DNA from: an uncultured delta proteobacterium
GTDB lineage: Bacteria; Myxococcota; B64-G9
Assembly: GCA_963754925.1 (NCBI GenBank)
Contig: CAVWHX010000004.1
Location: forward strand, 928,001 to 992,000
Reading direction: 5' to 3'
Length of the DNA stretch: 64,000 bases
This document shows positions 50,963-60,559 of the stretch, piece by piece. The first letter of the stretch is position 1, and every line of letters begins with the position of its first letter. Under the pieces are notes generated by a model. That model had not been told where the DNA came from, searched no databases, and worked only from the letters and a program-made list of their open reading frames with translations. Made by a program: the position numbers and the translations under genes.

Positions 50963-52309
50963 CTAGATTTCATAGCTATAAGCAGCCTTCGCAACTCTGG
51001 CGCCACTCAAGCCGGCTTGCGTCAACGCGCTTGCGAGGCCCACGCTGGCCTCGGGTTCGCCGTGATTTATCAACCATTGGTGTGGTTGGCCAGGAATGCA
51101 TTGAGCCCAATGCACTAAACCATCACGATCGGCGTGAGCCGAAAATCCGTTGAGGGTCGCAATACGGGCACGTACCGGAACCTCCTGGCCTTGAATCTTC
51201 ACCAGGCGCGCGCCATCAACGAGCCGCCGACCCAGCGTGCCGGTTCCTTGCCAACCGACAAAGAGCACGGTGGTGCTGGCCCGGTTGAGGAAGGTAATAA
51301 GATGCCGGACAATTCGCCCGCCGGTGCACATGCCGCTCCCGGCGATGATGACCATGGGTCCGTTGACCTGCCCGAGCGACGCCGATTCTTCCCAGGTGTT
51401 CACCTCCCGCAACCCGGGGAATGCCAAGGGCGACTCCCCGTGCTCGATAAGCCCCCAGGTCTCATCATCGTAACACTCTCGATGAGCTCGGTAGACCTGG
51501 GTGACCTGCCTGGCCATGGGAGAGTCGAGCAGCACCGGAATGCTCGGCAACCGATGCTGCATGATCAGACGATTGAAATAGAAAAGGAGTTCCTGGGTGC
51601 GGCCGATGGCAAAAGCCGGTATCAGCACTACTCCCTTGGTGTCGATGGCCTGTTCGATAATCTCTCGGAACTCCTCGATCGTCTCGGCTCGTCCCTTGTG
51701 CAGGCGATTGCCGTACGTCGATTCGATCACCACGGCGTCTGCCGGCACATCCCAAGTAAACGTCGGGTCGCGGATAATGGGGGTGTCGAGCGCGCCGATA
51801 TCGCCGGACATGACCAAGCGCTTGCCGGCATGCTCGATCAAAACGTGCGCCGACCCGAGTATATGCCCGGCGTCGAGTAACCGAACCTTCGCCTCGCCGA
51901 TGCGGAATTCCTCGCTGTACGGTTGTGGTACAAAGAGCGGAATAGTCTTTTGTATGGCGCTCTCATCGTATAGGGGATGTTCGGCGCGGGCGCTCAAACG
52001 CACCGTGTCGCGCCAAACGATCTGGGCGAGGGCAGCCGAAGCTGAGTGAGTGTGGATCGGACCTTTGAAGCCTGCCTCCGCGAGCATTGGCAATCTGCCC
52101 GTGTGGTCGAGGTGGCCGTGGGTGAGGATCACGGCACTGAGATCGGACGGCGAAAAATCAAAGGGGTCATGGTTGCGCTGCTCGTCCTGGTCGCCTCCTT
52201 GTATGAAGCCGCAGTCGATCAGTATCTTTTCCGCACCGCAACAAACGAGGCTGCAGGAACCGGTCACCATAGTGGTCGCGCCATGAAAACTGATTGACAT
52301 CTCGGACAC
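50963..52309 (-). CDS. MBL-fold beta-CASP ribonuclease (YSH1-like)
   Basis: VTGSC, THGHLDHTGRLP, AGHILGS, ESTYGNR, PAFAIGRTQE, SGMCTGGR, FSAHAD, HGE. Confidence 0.92.
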   Translation of the reverse strand: MSEMSISFHGATTMVTGSCSLVCCGAEKILIDCGFIQGGDQDEQRNHDPFDFSPSDLSAVILTHGHLDHTGRLPMLAEAGFKGPIHTHSASAALAQIVWRDTVRLSARAEHPLYDESAIQKTIPLFVPQPYSEEFRIGEAKVRLLDAGHILGSAHVLIEHAGKRLVMSGDIGALDTPIIRDPTFTWDVPADAVVIESTYGNRLHKGRAETIEEFREIIEQAIDTKGVVLIPAFAIGRTQELLFYFNRLIMQHRLPSIPVLLDSPMARQVTQVYRAHRECYDDETWGLIEHGESPLAFPGLREVNTWEESASLGQVNGPMVIIAGSGMCTGGRIVRHLITFLNRASTTVLFVGWQGTGTLGRRLVDGARLVKIQGQEVPVRARIATLNGFSAHADRDGLVHWAQCIPGQPHQWLINHGEPEASVGLASALTQAGLSGARVAKAAYSYEI

Positions 52310-52362
52310 CCTGCACCTCCCTGACGTCTTATTGCTCTGGGCGGCAATTTCCCCGGGGTTCC

Positions 52363-53346
52363 TCAGATAGAGCTGACTATGGCTTGCGCACTAAACGGCT
52401 CGGGTCGATCCTTGAACCACTCCCAGTAGCGGCGCACCCCATCCTCCCAAGGTACTGCTGGTGAGAAGCCGAGCGCCTCACGGGTGAGGCGCATATCGGC
52501 GTAGGTGTTGGGCAGCTCTCCCGGCCTCGCCGGACGACGTACCCGTTTAAACGGAGCACCCGACAGCCAACTGACCTGCTCGGCCACCTGGGCAAGCGTG
52601 GTCGTCTGACCCGTGCCAAGGTTGAGAACCCGAAACGGTGACGGTTGCTCGATGGCTTTGATAATCCCTTCCGCCACATCGTCGATATGAATCATATCGC
52701 GACCGACGGTATCATCCCCGATGATCGGCATCGAATCGCGGCGTTCGGCCGCGCTACACAGGGCGGGAAGGAATCGCTGCGGACTTTGGCGTGGTCCATA
52801 AACCGAGAAAACCCGCAGGACGGTGACGGACACCGGTGCCTGCAAACAGACCGCAGACGCGTGCAGTTCGGCTGCGCGAAGGGCGGCGCCCAATACCGAA
52901 AGCGGATGATCGGCGGGATCTTCTTCGCTGAACGGGAAACGGCGCGAGCCGCCGTAGACATGCGCCGAGGAACAAAGCACTGCCTGCGGTATCTTGAGTT
53001 GGCGGGCAATCTGCAGCACTGCCGCAACCCCGCCGGCGTGCAGGTGCTGGCAGGCGCTCGGCTCCCGATCGGCCCAGACGAGATCTTTTCGCGCGGCTGC
53101 GTGCACCAACGCATCGGGTCGAAACGAACCCAGGTAGGCGCGCAGGCCGTTGGCGTCGGTCACATCGCCGGTTATGAAACTAAAACGAGAATTATCGCGC
53201 GCCGACGCCAGTCGAGCCAGCTGCCAACCGGGCGGATCGTCGGCGTCAAAGAGGTCGAGGCCGCAGACCAGATGACCGCGCTCGAGCAACCGGTCGCACA
53301 GGTGGGCGCCAATGAATCCGGCTGCCCCGGTGACAAAGATCTTCAT
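52363..53346 (-). CDS. NAD-dependent epimerase-fold (extended SDR) protein lacking catalytic YxxxK
   Basis: VTGAAGFIG, LRVFSVYGPRQ, RDMIHIDD, NLGTG; active-site segment reads PLSVLGAALR. Confidence 0.8.
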   Translation of the reverse strand: MKIFVTGAAGFIGAHLCDRLLERGHLVCGLDLFDADDPPGWQLARLASARDNSRFSFITGDVTDANGLRAYLGSFRPDALVHAAARKDLVWADREPSACQHLHAGGVAAVLQIARQLKIPQAVLCSSAHVYGGSRRFPFSEEDPADHPLSVLGAALRAAELHASAVCLQAPVSVTVLRVFSVYGPRQSPQRFLPALCSAAERRDSMPIIGDDTVGRDMIHIDDVAEGIIKAIEQPSPFRVLNLGTGQTTTLAQVAEQVSWLSGAPFKRVRRPARPGELPNTYADMRLTREALGFSPAVPWEDGVRRYWEWFKDRPEPFSAQAIVSSI

Positions 53347-54656
53347 AGCGGTCGGTTCCTTCCAATGCACACATGCTCGAATCCGTAATCACGCATGCGG
53401 GCGGGATCGTAGATGTTGCGTCCGTCAAACACAACGGGTTGTTTGAGAAGGGTCTTGATGCGTTCGAAATCCGGGCGACGGAACTCATTCCACTCGGTCA
53501 CCACGACCAAGGCATCGGCGCCTTCGCAGGCCTCGTAGTTACTCTGACAATAGGTGACGCGTTCGCCGAGGTAGTGGCGGGCGTTTTTCATTCCCTCAGG
53601 ATCGTAGACGTGGATTCTGGCGCCGGCATGCAGAAGATCTTCAATAATGGCCAGTGCCGGAGCTTCGCGCACGTCATCGGTCTTCGGCTTGAAGGCCAGT
53701 CCCCAGACGGCAAAGATCCGGCCGCCCAGGTGTGAGCCGAAGCGAGCCATGATTTTGGCGGAAGCGTAATGTTTTTGTCGCTCGTTCACCCGGTCGGTGG
53801 CCACCAGCATCTCCAAGGGCAAATCGTTCTCCAGGCCGGTGTTAATAAGCGCTCGCACGTCCTTGGGGAAGCAGCTGCCGCCAAACCCCACGCCAGGAAA
53901 CAGGAAGGCATGGCCGATGCGCTTGTCCGAGCCGGCGCCCAGGCGTACCAGATCAACATCCGCACCGACTTTGTCACACAGCATGGCGATTTCGTTCATG
54001 AAGGAGATGCGCGCCGCCAGCAACCCGTTGGCTGCGTACTTAACCATTTCGGCGCTTTTGTTGTCCATAAAGAAGATCGGATTGCCCGTGCGGGTAAAAG
54101 GTGCGTACAGATCGGTCATTATGCGGCGGGCTTCCTCGGAGTCAGTGCCGATGATCACCCGGTCGGGACGTAAAAAGTCATCGATTGCCGCGCCCTCCTT
54201 GAGGAACTCTGGATTGCTGACGACGCTAACCGGATGACGGGTGACCGCTCCGATCACCTCCTGTACCTTGCGGGCGGTGCCCACCGGGACGGTGCTTTTG
54301 TTTACCACGATGAGCGGCCCATCCATGGCCTGACCGATTTGCTGTGCGACGCCGAGCACATTAGTAAGATCGGCGGAGCCGTCGTCGCCTTGCGGGGTTT
54401 GAACCGCAATAAAGAGCACCTTGACGCTACGCACGGTATCGGCGAGCTGGATGGTGAAGGCCAAGCGTTTTTCGCGGATATTACGCTCAAGCAGGTCACG
54501 CAGCCCGGGCTCGTAAAACGGCGTTTCGCCGGCGCGCAGGGTATCGATCTTCTTGGGATCGATATCGACGATGGTAACATGATGTCCCATCTCCGCGAAA
54601 CAGGTTCCCGCCACTAATCCTACGTATCCCGCCCCGATCATGCCGATTTGCATCAT
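53343..54656 (-). CDS. ugd: UDP-glucose 6-dehydrogenase
   Basis: GAGYVGL, KSTVPVGT, SNPEFLKEG, GFGGSCFPKD, GLAFKPKTDDVRE, DGRN. Confidence 0.96.
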   Translation of the reverse strand: MMQIGMIGAGYVGLVAGTCFAEMGHHVTIVDIDPKKIDTLRAGETPFYEPGLRDLLERNIREKRLAFTIQLADTVRSVKVLFIAVQTPQGDDGSADLTNVLGVAQQIGQAMDGPLIVVNKSTVPVGTARKVQEVIGAVTRHPVSVVSNPEFLKEGAAIDDFLRPDRVIIGTDSEEARRIMTDLYAPFTRTGNPIFFMDNKSAEMVKYAANGLLAARISFMNEIAMLCDKVGADVDLVRLGAGSDKRIGHAFLFPGVGFGGSCFPKDVRALINTGLENDLPLEMLVATDRVNERQKHYASAKIMARFGSHLGGRIFAVWGLAFKPKTDDVREAPALAIIEDLLHAGARIHVYDPEGMKNARHYLGERVTYCQSNYEACEGADALVVVTEWNEFRRPDFERIKTLLKQPVVFDGRNIYDPARMRDYGFEHVCIGRNRPL

Positions 54657-54883
54657 GCACCTCCGATACCAAAAGCTTTCTCGTGGCAATAATAGTATCT
54701 ACCTATTTCAAATTGATGTAGCCGATACCAGCATATCGAGGCGACAGTCTATTCCCGCAAGAAACAGCTTGTCAAAGTAGAAATCTCTAAACATTTCTGA
54801 CAGACTCTGCGAAAATGGTTTGTCGATTCGAGCGATCGACTGTGGAACACTGCGCTGTGATTTGAATGTAAAGGAATAGTTCC

Positions 54884-55987
54884 ATGAACATTAAAGGCCC
54901 CGTCATCGATCCGCGACCCCTTACCAAGAACATCACCGTTACCCGTCTCGTCGATGAATATTTAACCGCATACAATGGCGCCCGGTTGCGGGAAGCGTGT
55001 CGGCTCCTCATCGAGCGCATACTGCGGCCAAACGTAACCGTCGGGATAAGCCTTGCAGGCGCCCTCACGCCGGCCGGATTCGGCACATCGATCCTTGCGC
55101 CGCTCATCGAGGCAGGTTTTATAGACTATGTCGTTTCTACCGGCGCCAATCTGTACCATGACCTACATTACGCCCTGGGGCTGCCGCTGCACCGCTCGAC
55201 TCCCTTCGTGGATGACCGCGAACTCCGCAAACGCAACATCATCCGGATATACGATATCGTTTTTGACTTCAACGTGCTCAACGACACCGATCGTTTCTGC
55301 TTTCAGTTGATGGACTCGAAACTCTTTCGGGGTCATATGAGCACCGCCGAACTGCACCACCGCCTCGGCATGTTGGTAGCCGAGACCGAGCGCGCGCTCA
55401 AAAGGCCTTACCCGTGCTTGCTGTCGGCGGCCTATCGGGCCGATGTTCCCATTTACACGTCCTCGCCGGGCGATAGCACGATTGGTCTGAATCTCGCCGC
55501 TCGCGCACTGCGCGGGCTTGATCCCGCAATCGACGTGGCGGCGGACGTCAACGAAACGACGGCGATAGTCTACCAAGCGACGCGCGGCACGGGTAGGAGC
55601 GCGGTGATAATTTTGGGTGGCGGCAGTCCCAAGAACTTCCTGTTGCAAACTGAACCACAGATCCAAGAGATTCTGGGCCTGTCGGGTCGCGGCCACGACT
55701 TCTTCATTCAAATTACCGACGCCCGGCCCGACACCGGGGGCTTAAGCGGCGCGACGCCTTCCGAGGCGGTCAGTTGGGGTAAGATCGATTCCAAAATGCT
55801 GCCGGATTCGATTGTTTGTTACGCCGATAGCACGCTCGCGTTACCGTTCATCGCTGCCTATGTTCTCACCAACGCAAAGCGCCGCCCCTTGAAGCGACTT
55901 TTCAAAAAGCGCGAAGCACTGGTTGAGAAATTGCGCCAGGACTACGAGCACGCCTCGCGCGGCGGGTTGCCTACCGGCCGAAGATGA
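54884..55987 (+). CDS. Deoxyhypusine synthase-like protein (SpeY-type homospermidine biosynthesis)
   Basis: STGANLYHD, SSPGDSTIG, GGGSPKNFLLQTEPQ, DARPDTGGLSGATPSEAVSWGK. Confidence 0.88.
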   Translation: MNIKGPVIDPRPLTKNITVTRLVDEYLTAYNGARLREACRLLIERILRPNVTVGISLAGALTPAGFGTSILAPLIEAGFIDYVVSTGANLYHDLHYALGLPLHRSTPFVDDRELRKRNIIRIYDIVFDFNVLNDTDRFCFQLMDSKLFRGHMSTAELHHRLGMLVAETERALKRPYPCLLSAAYRADVPIYTSSPGDSTIGLNLAARALRGLDPAIDVAADVNETTAIVYQATRGTGRSAVIILGGGSPKNFLLQTEPQIQEILGLSGRGHDFFIQITDARPDTGGLSGATPSEAVSWGKIDSKMLPDSIVCYADSTLALPFIAAYVLTNAKRRPLKRLFKKREALVEKLRQDYEHASRGGLPTGRR

Positions 55988-56158
55988 GACCTCATGAGGA
56001 ATGATAGTATGGTCGGACTGGTTGGGAGGGGTGTCCGAAAATCGGTCAGGTACATCACCATTCGGCAGTTTTCAACAAATTAGCGTGCAATAGTAATCCA
56101 CATCCAACAATTCGGGAATAGCTATCTTTTAATTGTTTGGCGAGCGCCAGGCGCTCGT

Positions 56159-56174
56159 TGGCATGTAACCTGCT
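56159..56174 (+). promoter_or_regulatory. Putative sigma54 (-24/-12) promoter
   Basis: TGGCATG-TAAC-CTGCT (GG-N10-GC), directly preceded by the perfect IR CGAGCGCC-A-GGCGCTCG (56141-56157). Confidence 0.6.
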
Positions 56175-56251
56175 AGTATTTTCACTCGGTGTTTTTGTGA
56201 GTGCAGATCCCGGGAAGCAATCGCACTCTAATTTAGCTAAGGAGGATACTA

Positions 56252-56455
56252 ATGGTCGCAAACGGCGAAACGATGACCGTTTTTACGATCATCGAAAAGG
56301 AAGGCTATGATAAGCCGATTTGGGTCAAGATCGGTGCCTGTTTTCCTAATCGTGATGGGTCGCTCAACGTTTTTTTGGATGCATTACCGATAAACGGGCG
56401 CATGCAAATCCGCATGCGCAAACCGGGCATAAAGCCCCAAGAACCACAAGAGTAA
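56252..56455 (+). CDS. Small conserved-looking hypothetical protein
   Basis: 67 aa, SD AAGGAGG, core WVKIGACFPNRDGSLNVFLDALPING. Confidence 0.75.
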   Translation: MVANGETMTVFTIIEKEGYDKPIWVKIGACFPNRDGSLNVFLDALPINGRMQIRMRKPGIKPQEPQE

Positions 56456-56472
56456 CGGAGGCGAGAAAAGCC

Positions 56473-56823
56473 ATGAGTAGCATTAAACGCGAAAAATTTC
56501 TTTTGGTTGCAACAACCGCCATGGTGATCAGTGGCTTGCTACTGAGCCAGCCGTTGTTTGCCAAGCAGTCGATTGGTTCTGTAGTTGTCAACATAAACAC
56601 CGCCTCGCTCGAGGAGCTTTGTTTACTCCCCGGCATAGGGCATGAAAAGGCCAAGGCGATCGTCGATTACCGCACCAAGCATCCGTTCCAAAAGATCGAC
56701 GAACTACTAAGAATCAAAGGAATCAAACCCAAGCTGGTTGAAAAGATTCGAGCAAATATCGTAACCACGGGTGCTACCACTGCCAAGCCGCCGCAGAGGA
56801 ACAAAAGCTCGGCTGCAGATTAG
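56473..56823 (+). CDS. comEA: ComEA-family helix-hairpin-helix DNA-binding protein
   Basis: Signal peptide; VNINTASLEEL..LPGIG..KAKAIVDYR..PF..IDELLRIKGI. Confidence 0.88.
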   Translation: MSSIKREKFLLVATTAMVISGLLLSQPLFAKQSIGSVVVNINTASLEELCLLPGIGHEKAKAIVDYRTKHPFQKIDELLRIKGIKPKLVEKIRANIVTTGATTAKPPQRNKSSAAD

Positions 56824-56998
56824 AGACTGTTAGCGAACGACTAGAGATTGTAGCGAGCGAAGCAAAGCTGAGCGAGGCGTACAATCTCTTGTCCCTTTAG
56901 GGGAGTGAGCGTTACAGTCTCTTATCCCCGTAAGGGATAAGAAATTCTAGCTTCACTGTGCTCAGCAAGAATTTCTACATCCCCGAAGGGGGCTAAAC
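56820..56998. repeat. REP-like mosaic, copy D: three hairpin units, one nested inside another
   Basis: TTAG unit (56820-56929) split by a 63-bp CTAG unit (56841-56903), followed by an oppositely oriented GTAG unit (56934-56978) and CCCC-GAA-GGGGGCTAAAC. Confidence 0.88.
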
Positions 56999-57138
56999 GG
57001 TCTACCACAGCGCCACGGTATCAATTCGCCATTCTTTGTTAAACTATTGAACTCGGCAAGAGCTCAGGGCATTATCTTCCGACGATACCTATCGCCCCCG
57101 GTGAGGAAGCAACAATCGAAAGGAGCGAGGAGCCGGTC

Positions 57139-57354
57139 ATGAGGTGGTTAACCGTGAAAGGAAGAAGTGGTCAAAAAGCAATAGATTATATTATCATATT
57201 GGCGCTTGTTGCCATTGCCGCTATAGGAGCTGCATCTATTTTTGGCCAGAATATTCGCGAGCTATTTTCCACATCGGCCGGAACCAGGGGCGATGAAGAT
57301 CATCTTGCATCGCCGACCAACCCAGCAGCGAACGCTGATACAGCGAAGCCGTAG
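57139..57354 (+). CDS. Flp/Fap-type (type IVb/c) pilin-like protein
   Basis: Basic leader, G|QKAIDY, hydrophobic IIILALVAIAAIGAASIFG..IRELF; D instead of E at +5. Confidence 0.75.
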   Translation: MRWLTVKGRSGQKAIDYIIILALVAIAAIGAASIFGQNIRELFSTSAGTRGDEDHLASPTNPAANADTAKP

Positions 57355-57511
57355 AAAAAAATCACGCTTGTCGAAGAGGGGGTAGGGTGGTATTTCTTAA
57401 CATCCCTGCCGTATTGAGGCGGGAGTTGAAAGTACGCTATAGGCGAGCCCGCTAATAGGTCTCGCTCTTCGTCGAACGGCGTCGAAAGAATACTACCATC
57501 AGGAGGACATC

Positions 57512-58690
57512 ATGGCAAAAGAAGCCGTAATCCTATCTGCGGCGCGAACCGCGGTGGGAACGTTCAGCGGCACATTGGCCAACGTGCCGGCGGTTAAGCT
57601 TGGCGAGATCGTAGTGCGCGAGGCGCTGGCACGCGCCCAGGTCAAACCAGAAATGGTTAACGAGGTGATTCTTGGTTGCGTCTTACAAGCCGGCTTGGGG
57701 CAAAACGTCGCCCGACAGGTGAGCATCAAGGCCGGCTTGCCCCAGGAGACACCGGCCTTGACCATCAACAAAGTTTGCGGATCGGGGCTCCGGGCGGTGA
57801 TGCTCGCGGCACAGGCTATTCGCGCCGGCGAAGCCGACCTCATTGTTGCGGGCGGCACCGAGAACATGAGCGCCGCGCCGTATGCCTTGCCCAAAGCGCG
57901 TTTCGGGCTGCGCATGGGCAACACCGAAATGATCGATGTGATGATCCATGATGGCTTGTGGGAGATATTCCACGGCTATCACATGGGCATCACCGCCGAA
58001 AACGTTGCAGCGAAGTTCGGTGTAACCCGTGAAGACCAGGACCGTTTTGGTTTCACCAGCCAGACACGGGCCAACGCGGCCATCAAGAGCGGCCGTTTTA
58101 AGGATGAGATTGTACCGGTGCCCGTAGTGCTGAAAAAAGGTGAGACGGTTCTCTTTGCCACCGATGAACATCCACGCGAAACCACTCTCGAGAAGATGGC
58201 CGCGCTCAAGCCGGCGTTCAAGCCGGACGGAACCGTCACGGCTGGCAATGCCTCGGGAATCAATGATGGGGCGGCCGCGTTCGTCATTACCTCGCGTGAA
58301 AAGGCCGAAAAGCTCGGGGTCGAGCCGCTGGCCACGATTCTTTCATATGCATCGGCCGGCGTCGATCCGGCGTACATGGGAATTGGACCGATACCGGCTT
58401 CGAGGCTCGCGCTCGAACGCGCCAACCTGACGGTTAAGGATCTCGACCTGGTAGAGGCGAACGAAGCTTTTGCCGCTCAGGCCGTCACGGTGGTTCGCGA
58501 GCTTCGACTCGATCCGGAACGCACCAATGTGAACGGCGGCGCCATAGCCCTCGGTCACCCCATTGGCGCTTCAGGCGCGCGTATCCTGACCACGCTATTG
58601 TATGAGATGAAGAAGCGCGGGTCGAAACGGGGACTCGCGACGTTGTGCATAGGCGGCGGTCAGGGCTGCGCTATGATTGTCAAACGATAG
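57512..58690 (+). CDS. Acetyl-CoA C-acetyltransferase (thiolase)
   Basis: [43 protein letters not shown]. Confidence 0.96.
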   Translation: MAKEAVILSAARTAVGTFSGTLANVPAVKLGEIVVREALARAQVKPEMVNEVILGCVLQAGLGQNVARQVSIKAGLPQETPALTINKVCGSGLRAVMLAAQAIRAGEADLIVAGGTENMSAAPYALPKARFGLRMGNTEMIDVMIHDGLWEIFHGYHMGITAENVAAKFGVTREDQDRFGFTSQTRANAAIKSGRFKDEIVPVPVVLKKGETVLFATDEHPRETTLEKMAALKPAFKPDGTVTAGNASGINDGAAAFVITSREKAEKLGVEPLATILSYASAGVDPAYMGIGPIPASRLALERANLTVKDLDLVEANEAFAAQAVTVVRELRLDPERTNVNGGAIALGHPIGASGARILTTLLYEMKKRGSKRGLATLCIGGGQGCAMIVKR

Positions 58691-58695
58691 AGCCT

Positions 58696-59706
58696 ATGTT
58701 TGAACAAGGCCCCATTCGCCCGCCCTCGGAGGCGGGGAGTCTCCTGGTGCGGGTTTCGCGCAACTGTCCCTGGAATCGCTGCGCCTTTTGCCCGGTATAT
58801 AAGAATCTTCGTTTTTCTCTGCGGACGGTGGACGAGGTGCTGCAGGATCTCGACGCTATGCAAGCGGTTTATGGTGATCGACCGACGACGGTTTTTTTGC
58901 AGGACGCCAATCCTCTCCTGACGCGTACGGATGACTTGGTTCGTATTCTCGAGGGCATCCACCAACGCTTCCCCCGGGTCGAACGTATCACCGCCTACGC
59001 GCGCTCGCACACCTTGGCGAGACGGTCGGTGGCGGAGCTCCGTCGTATCCGCGAGGCCGGTCTCAACCGTCTGCACGTCGGGATGGAGTCGGGCTGCGAC
59101 GCGGTGTTGCAACTCGTCGAGAAAGGGGTCACCCGCGCCGACCAGATCGAAGGCGGCAGGCGGGCCAAGGAGGCCTCCTTCGAACTGTCTGAGTACGTTA
59201 TGCCGGGCCTCGGCGGCAAGGAGTTGTCTGATGCACATGCCGACGACTCGGCCACGGCGCTGCAGGCGATACAACCTGATTTTATTCGACTCCGCACGAC
59301 CGCGGTGATGCCGGGGAGCGGACTTGCGACCCTGGTGACGCAGGGCACGATGACCCCGTTGTCTGAGGTGGAGATGGTTGCCGAGATTCGGCGGTTTCTG
59401 ACGGGGCTTGCTAGCCTCACCACTCGCCTCGACAGCGATCACGTTCTTAATCTGCTCATGGAACTCCGCGGGGATTTACCGGCCGACCTGGCGCATATGT
59501 TGGAAATCTGTGATGAGTTTTTACGCTTATCGCAGGTCGAGCAACATCGCTTTGTGCTCGGGCGTCGGTTGGGCTGGTTCGTGAGGTTGAGCGATCGCAA
59601 TGATCCACGCTTCACTATGGAACTTGATAATCTTTTGTTAAGAATCGCGAAAGAAGGTTCCACGGTCGAGGATGTGTGCGCCCAACTGCGAGCACAAACC
59701 TTATGA
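58696..59706 (+). CDS. Radical SAM protein
   Basis: FEQGPIRPPSE, CPWNRCAFC (CxxxCxxC), GMESG, DHVLNLL. Confidence 0.9.
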   Translation: MFEQGPIRPPSEAGSLLVRVSRNCPWNRCAFCPVYKNLRFSLRTVDEVLQDLDAMQAVYGDRPTTVFLQDANPLLTRTDDLVRILEGIHQRFPRVERITAYARSHTLARRSVAELRRIREAGLNRLHVGMESGCDAVLQLVEKGVTRADQIEGGRRAKEASFELSEYVMPGLGGKELSDAHADDSATALQAIQPDFIRLRTTAVMPGSGLATLVTQGTMTPLSEVEMVAEIRRFLTGLASLTTRLDSDHVLNLLMELRGDLPADLAHMLEICDEFLRLSQVEQHRFVLGRRLGWFVRLSDRNDPRFTMELDNLLLRIAKEGSTVEDVCAQLRAQTL

Positions 59707-59719
59707 ATAGCCTTAGCAA

Positions 59720-60559
59720 TTAAAAATGGTTTAAACTGCCTTCATACTTCACACGGCGAAGGGCTGCTAAAAACGACCAGATGCTGAGGGGGCCAGCTAT
59801 GGCCGAAAAGAGGATAAGCCCCAACAGCGAGTTTGATACCTCTCCCAGGGATGAACCCATAAGTAACAATTTACGCATAGCTTCAAGACCGTGGGTGATG
59901 GGAAGAAGCTGCGCCAGGGTCTGTCCCCAATCCGGCAACACGGCTACGGGGTAATATACCCCGCCGAGCAAGTAAGAAAATCCTTGCACGAGCCATGACG
60001 ACGGATCAACTCGCTTGAAGGCGAGGACCAAACTGGCCGAAAAGATCCCCAGGAACGAGAAACTGAGTATCGTAAGAACGAGGACCAGCAACGCGCCGGC
60101 CCAATTAGCGCGTTCGAAACTGACCCCGAACAGCAACGTACCAGCCGCTAGGATCAGCACCAGCCGCATCGAAGTGGCCAGGAAATCATAAATTACGCTG
60201 AAGACGATGATCTGCCAGGGAGGCGTCGGGGTCACGAGCAACGCCTCGAGGGTGCCGAGCACTTGCGCATTGCGGATGGTTTCGGAGAACGAGCGAATCG
60301 CTACGCCCAAGTAACTTGAAAATGCTAACCCCACCACAACAAATGGAAAGTACTCGCCGCCATACGGGGCGAGCGACGGTATCTGCATGCCGATGAACAT
60401 GCGGGAGAAAAAGTAGAAGGCCCCTACTACAAAAAGCACGACCACCAGCTGGCCGGCAAAGGCGAGCCGGTAGCTCAAATCGATCTGCCAGTCCTTGCGG
60501 ACAAAGGCCCAGGCTTTTCTGACTACTGCCCTCATGGCAATCCTTTGCTCATTATTCAA
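59720..60559 (-). CDS. ABC-2 type transporter permease
   Basis: GTLEALLVTP, GVYYPVAVLP, LPITHGLEAMR; about 6 TM. Confidence 0.9.
   Translation of the reverse strand: MNNEQRIAMRAVVRKAWAFVRKDWQIDLSYRLAFAGQLVVVLFVVGAFYFFSRMFIGMQIPSLAPYGGEYFPFVVVGLAFSSYLGVAIRSFSETIRNAQVLGTLEALLVTPTPPWQIIVFSVIYDFLATSMRLVLILAAGTLLFGVSFERANWAGALLVLVLTILSFSFLGIFSASLVLAFKRVDPSSWLVQGFSYLLGGVYYPVAVLPDWGQTLAQLLPITHGLEAMRKLLLMGSSLGEVSNSLLGLILFSAIAGPLSIWSFLAALRRVKYEGSLNHF

Noticed and set aside
52363..54656. ugd plus SDR as the Pel precursor (PelX-like) supply
   Set aside because: About 38 kb from the pel locus; the SDR lacks catalytic residues, and Ugd makes UDP-glucuronate, not UDP-GalNAc.
56820..56998. CRISPR array
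   Set aside because: Units are nested or inverted and differ in sequence; there are no regularly spaced identical repeats with unique spacers, and no cas genes in the window.
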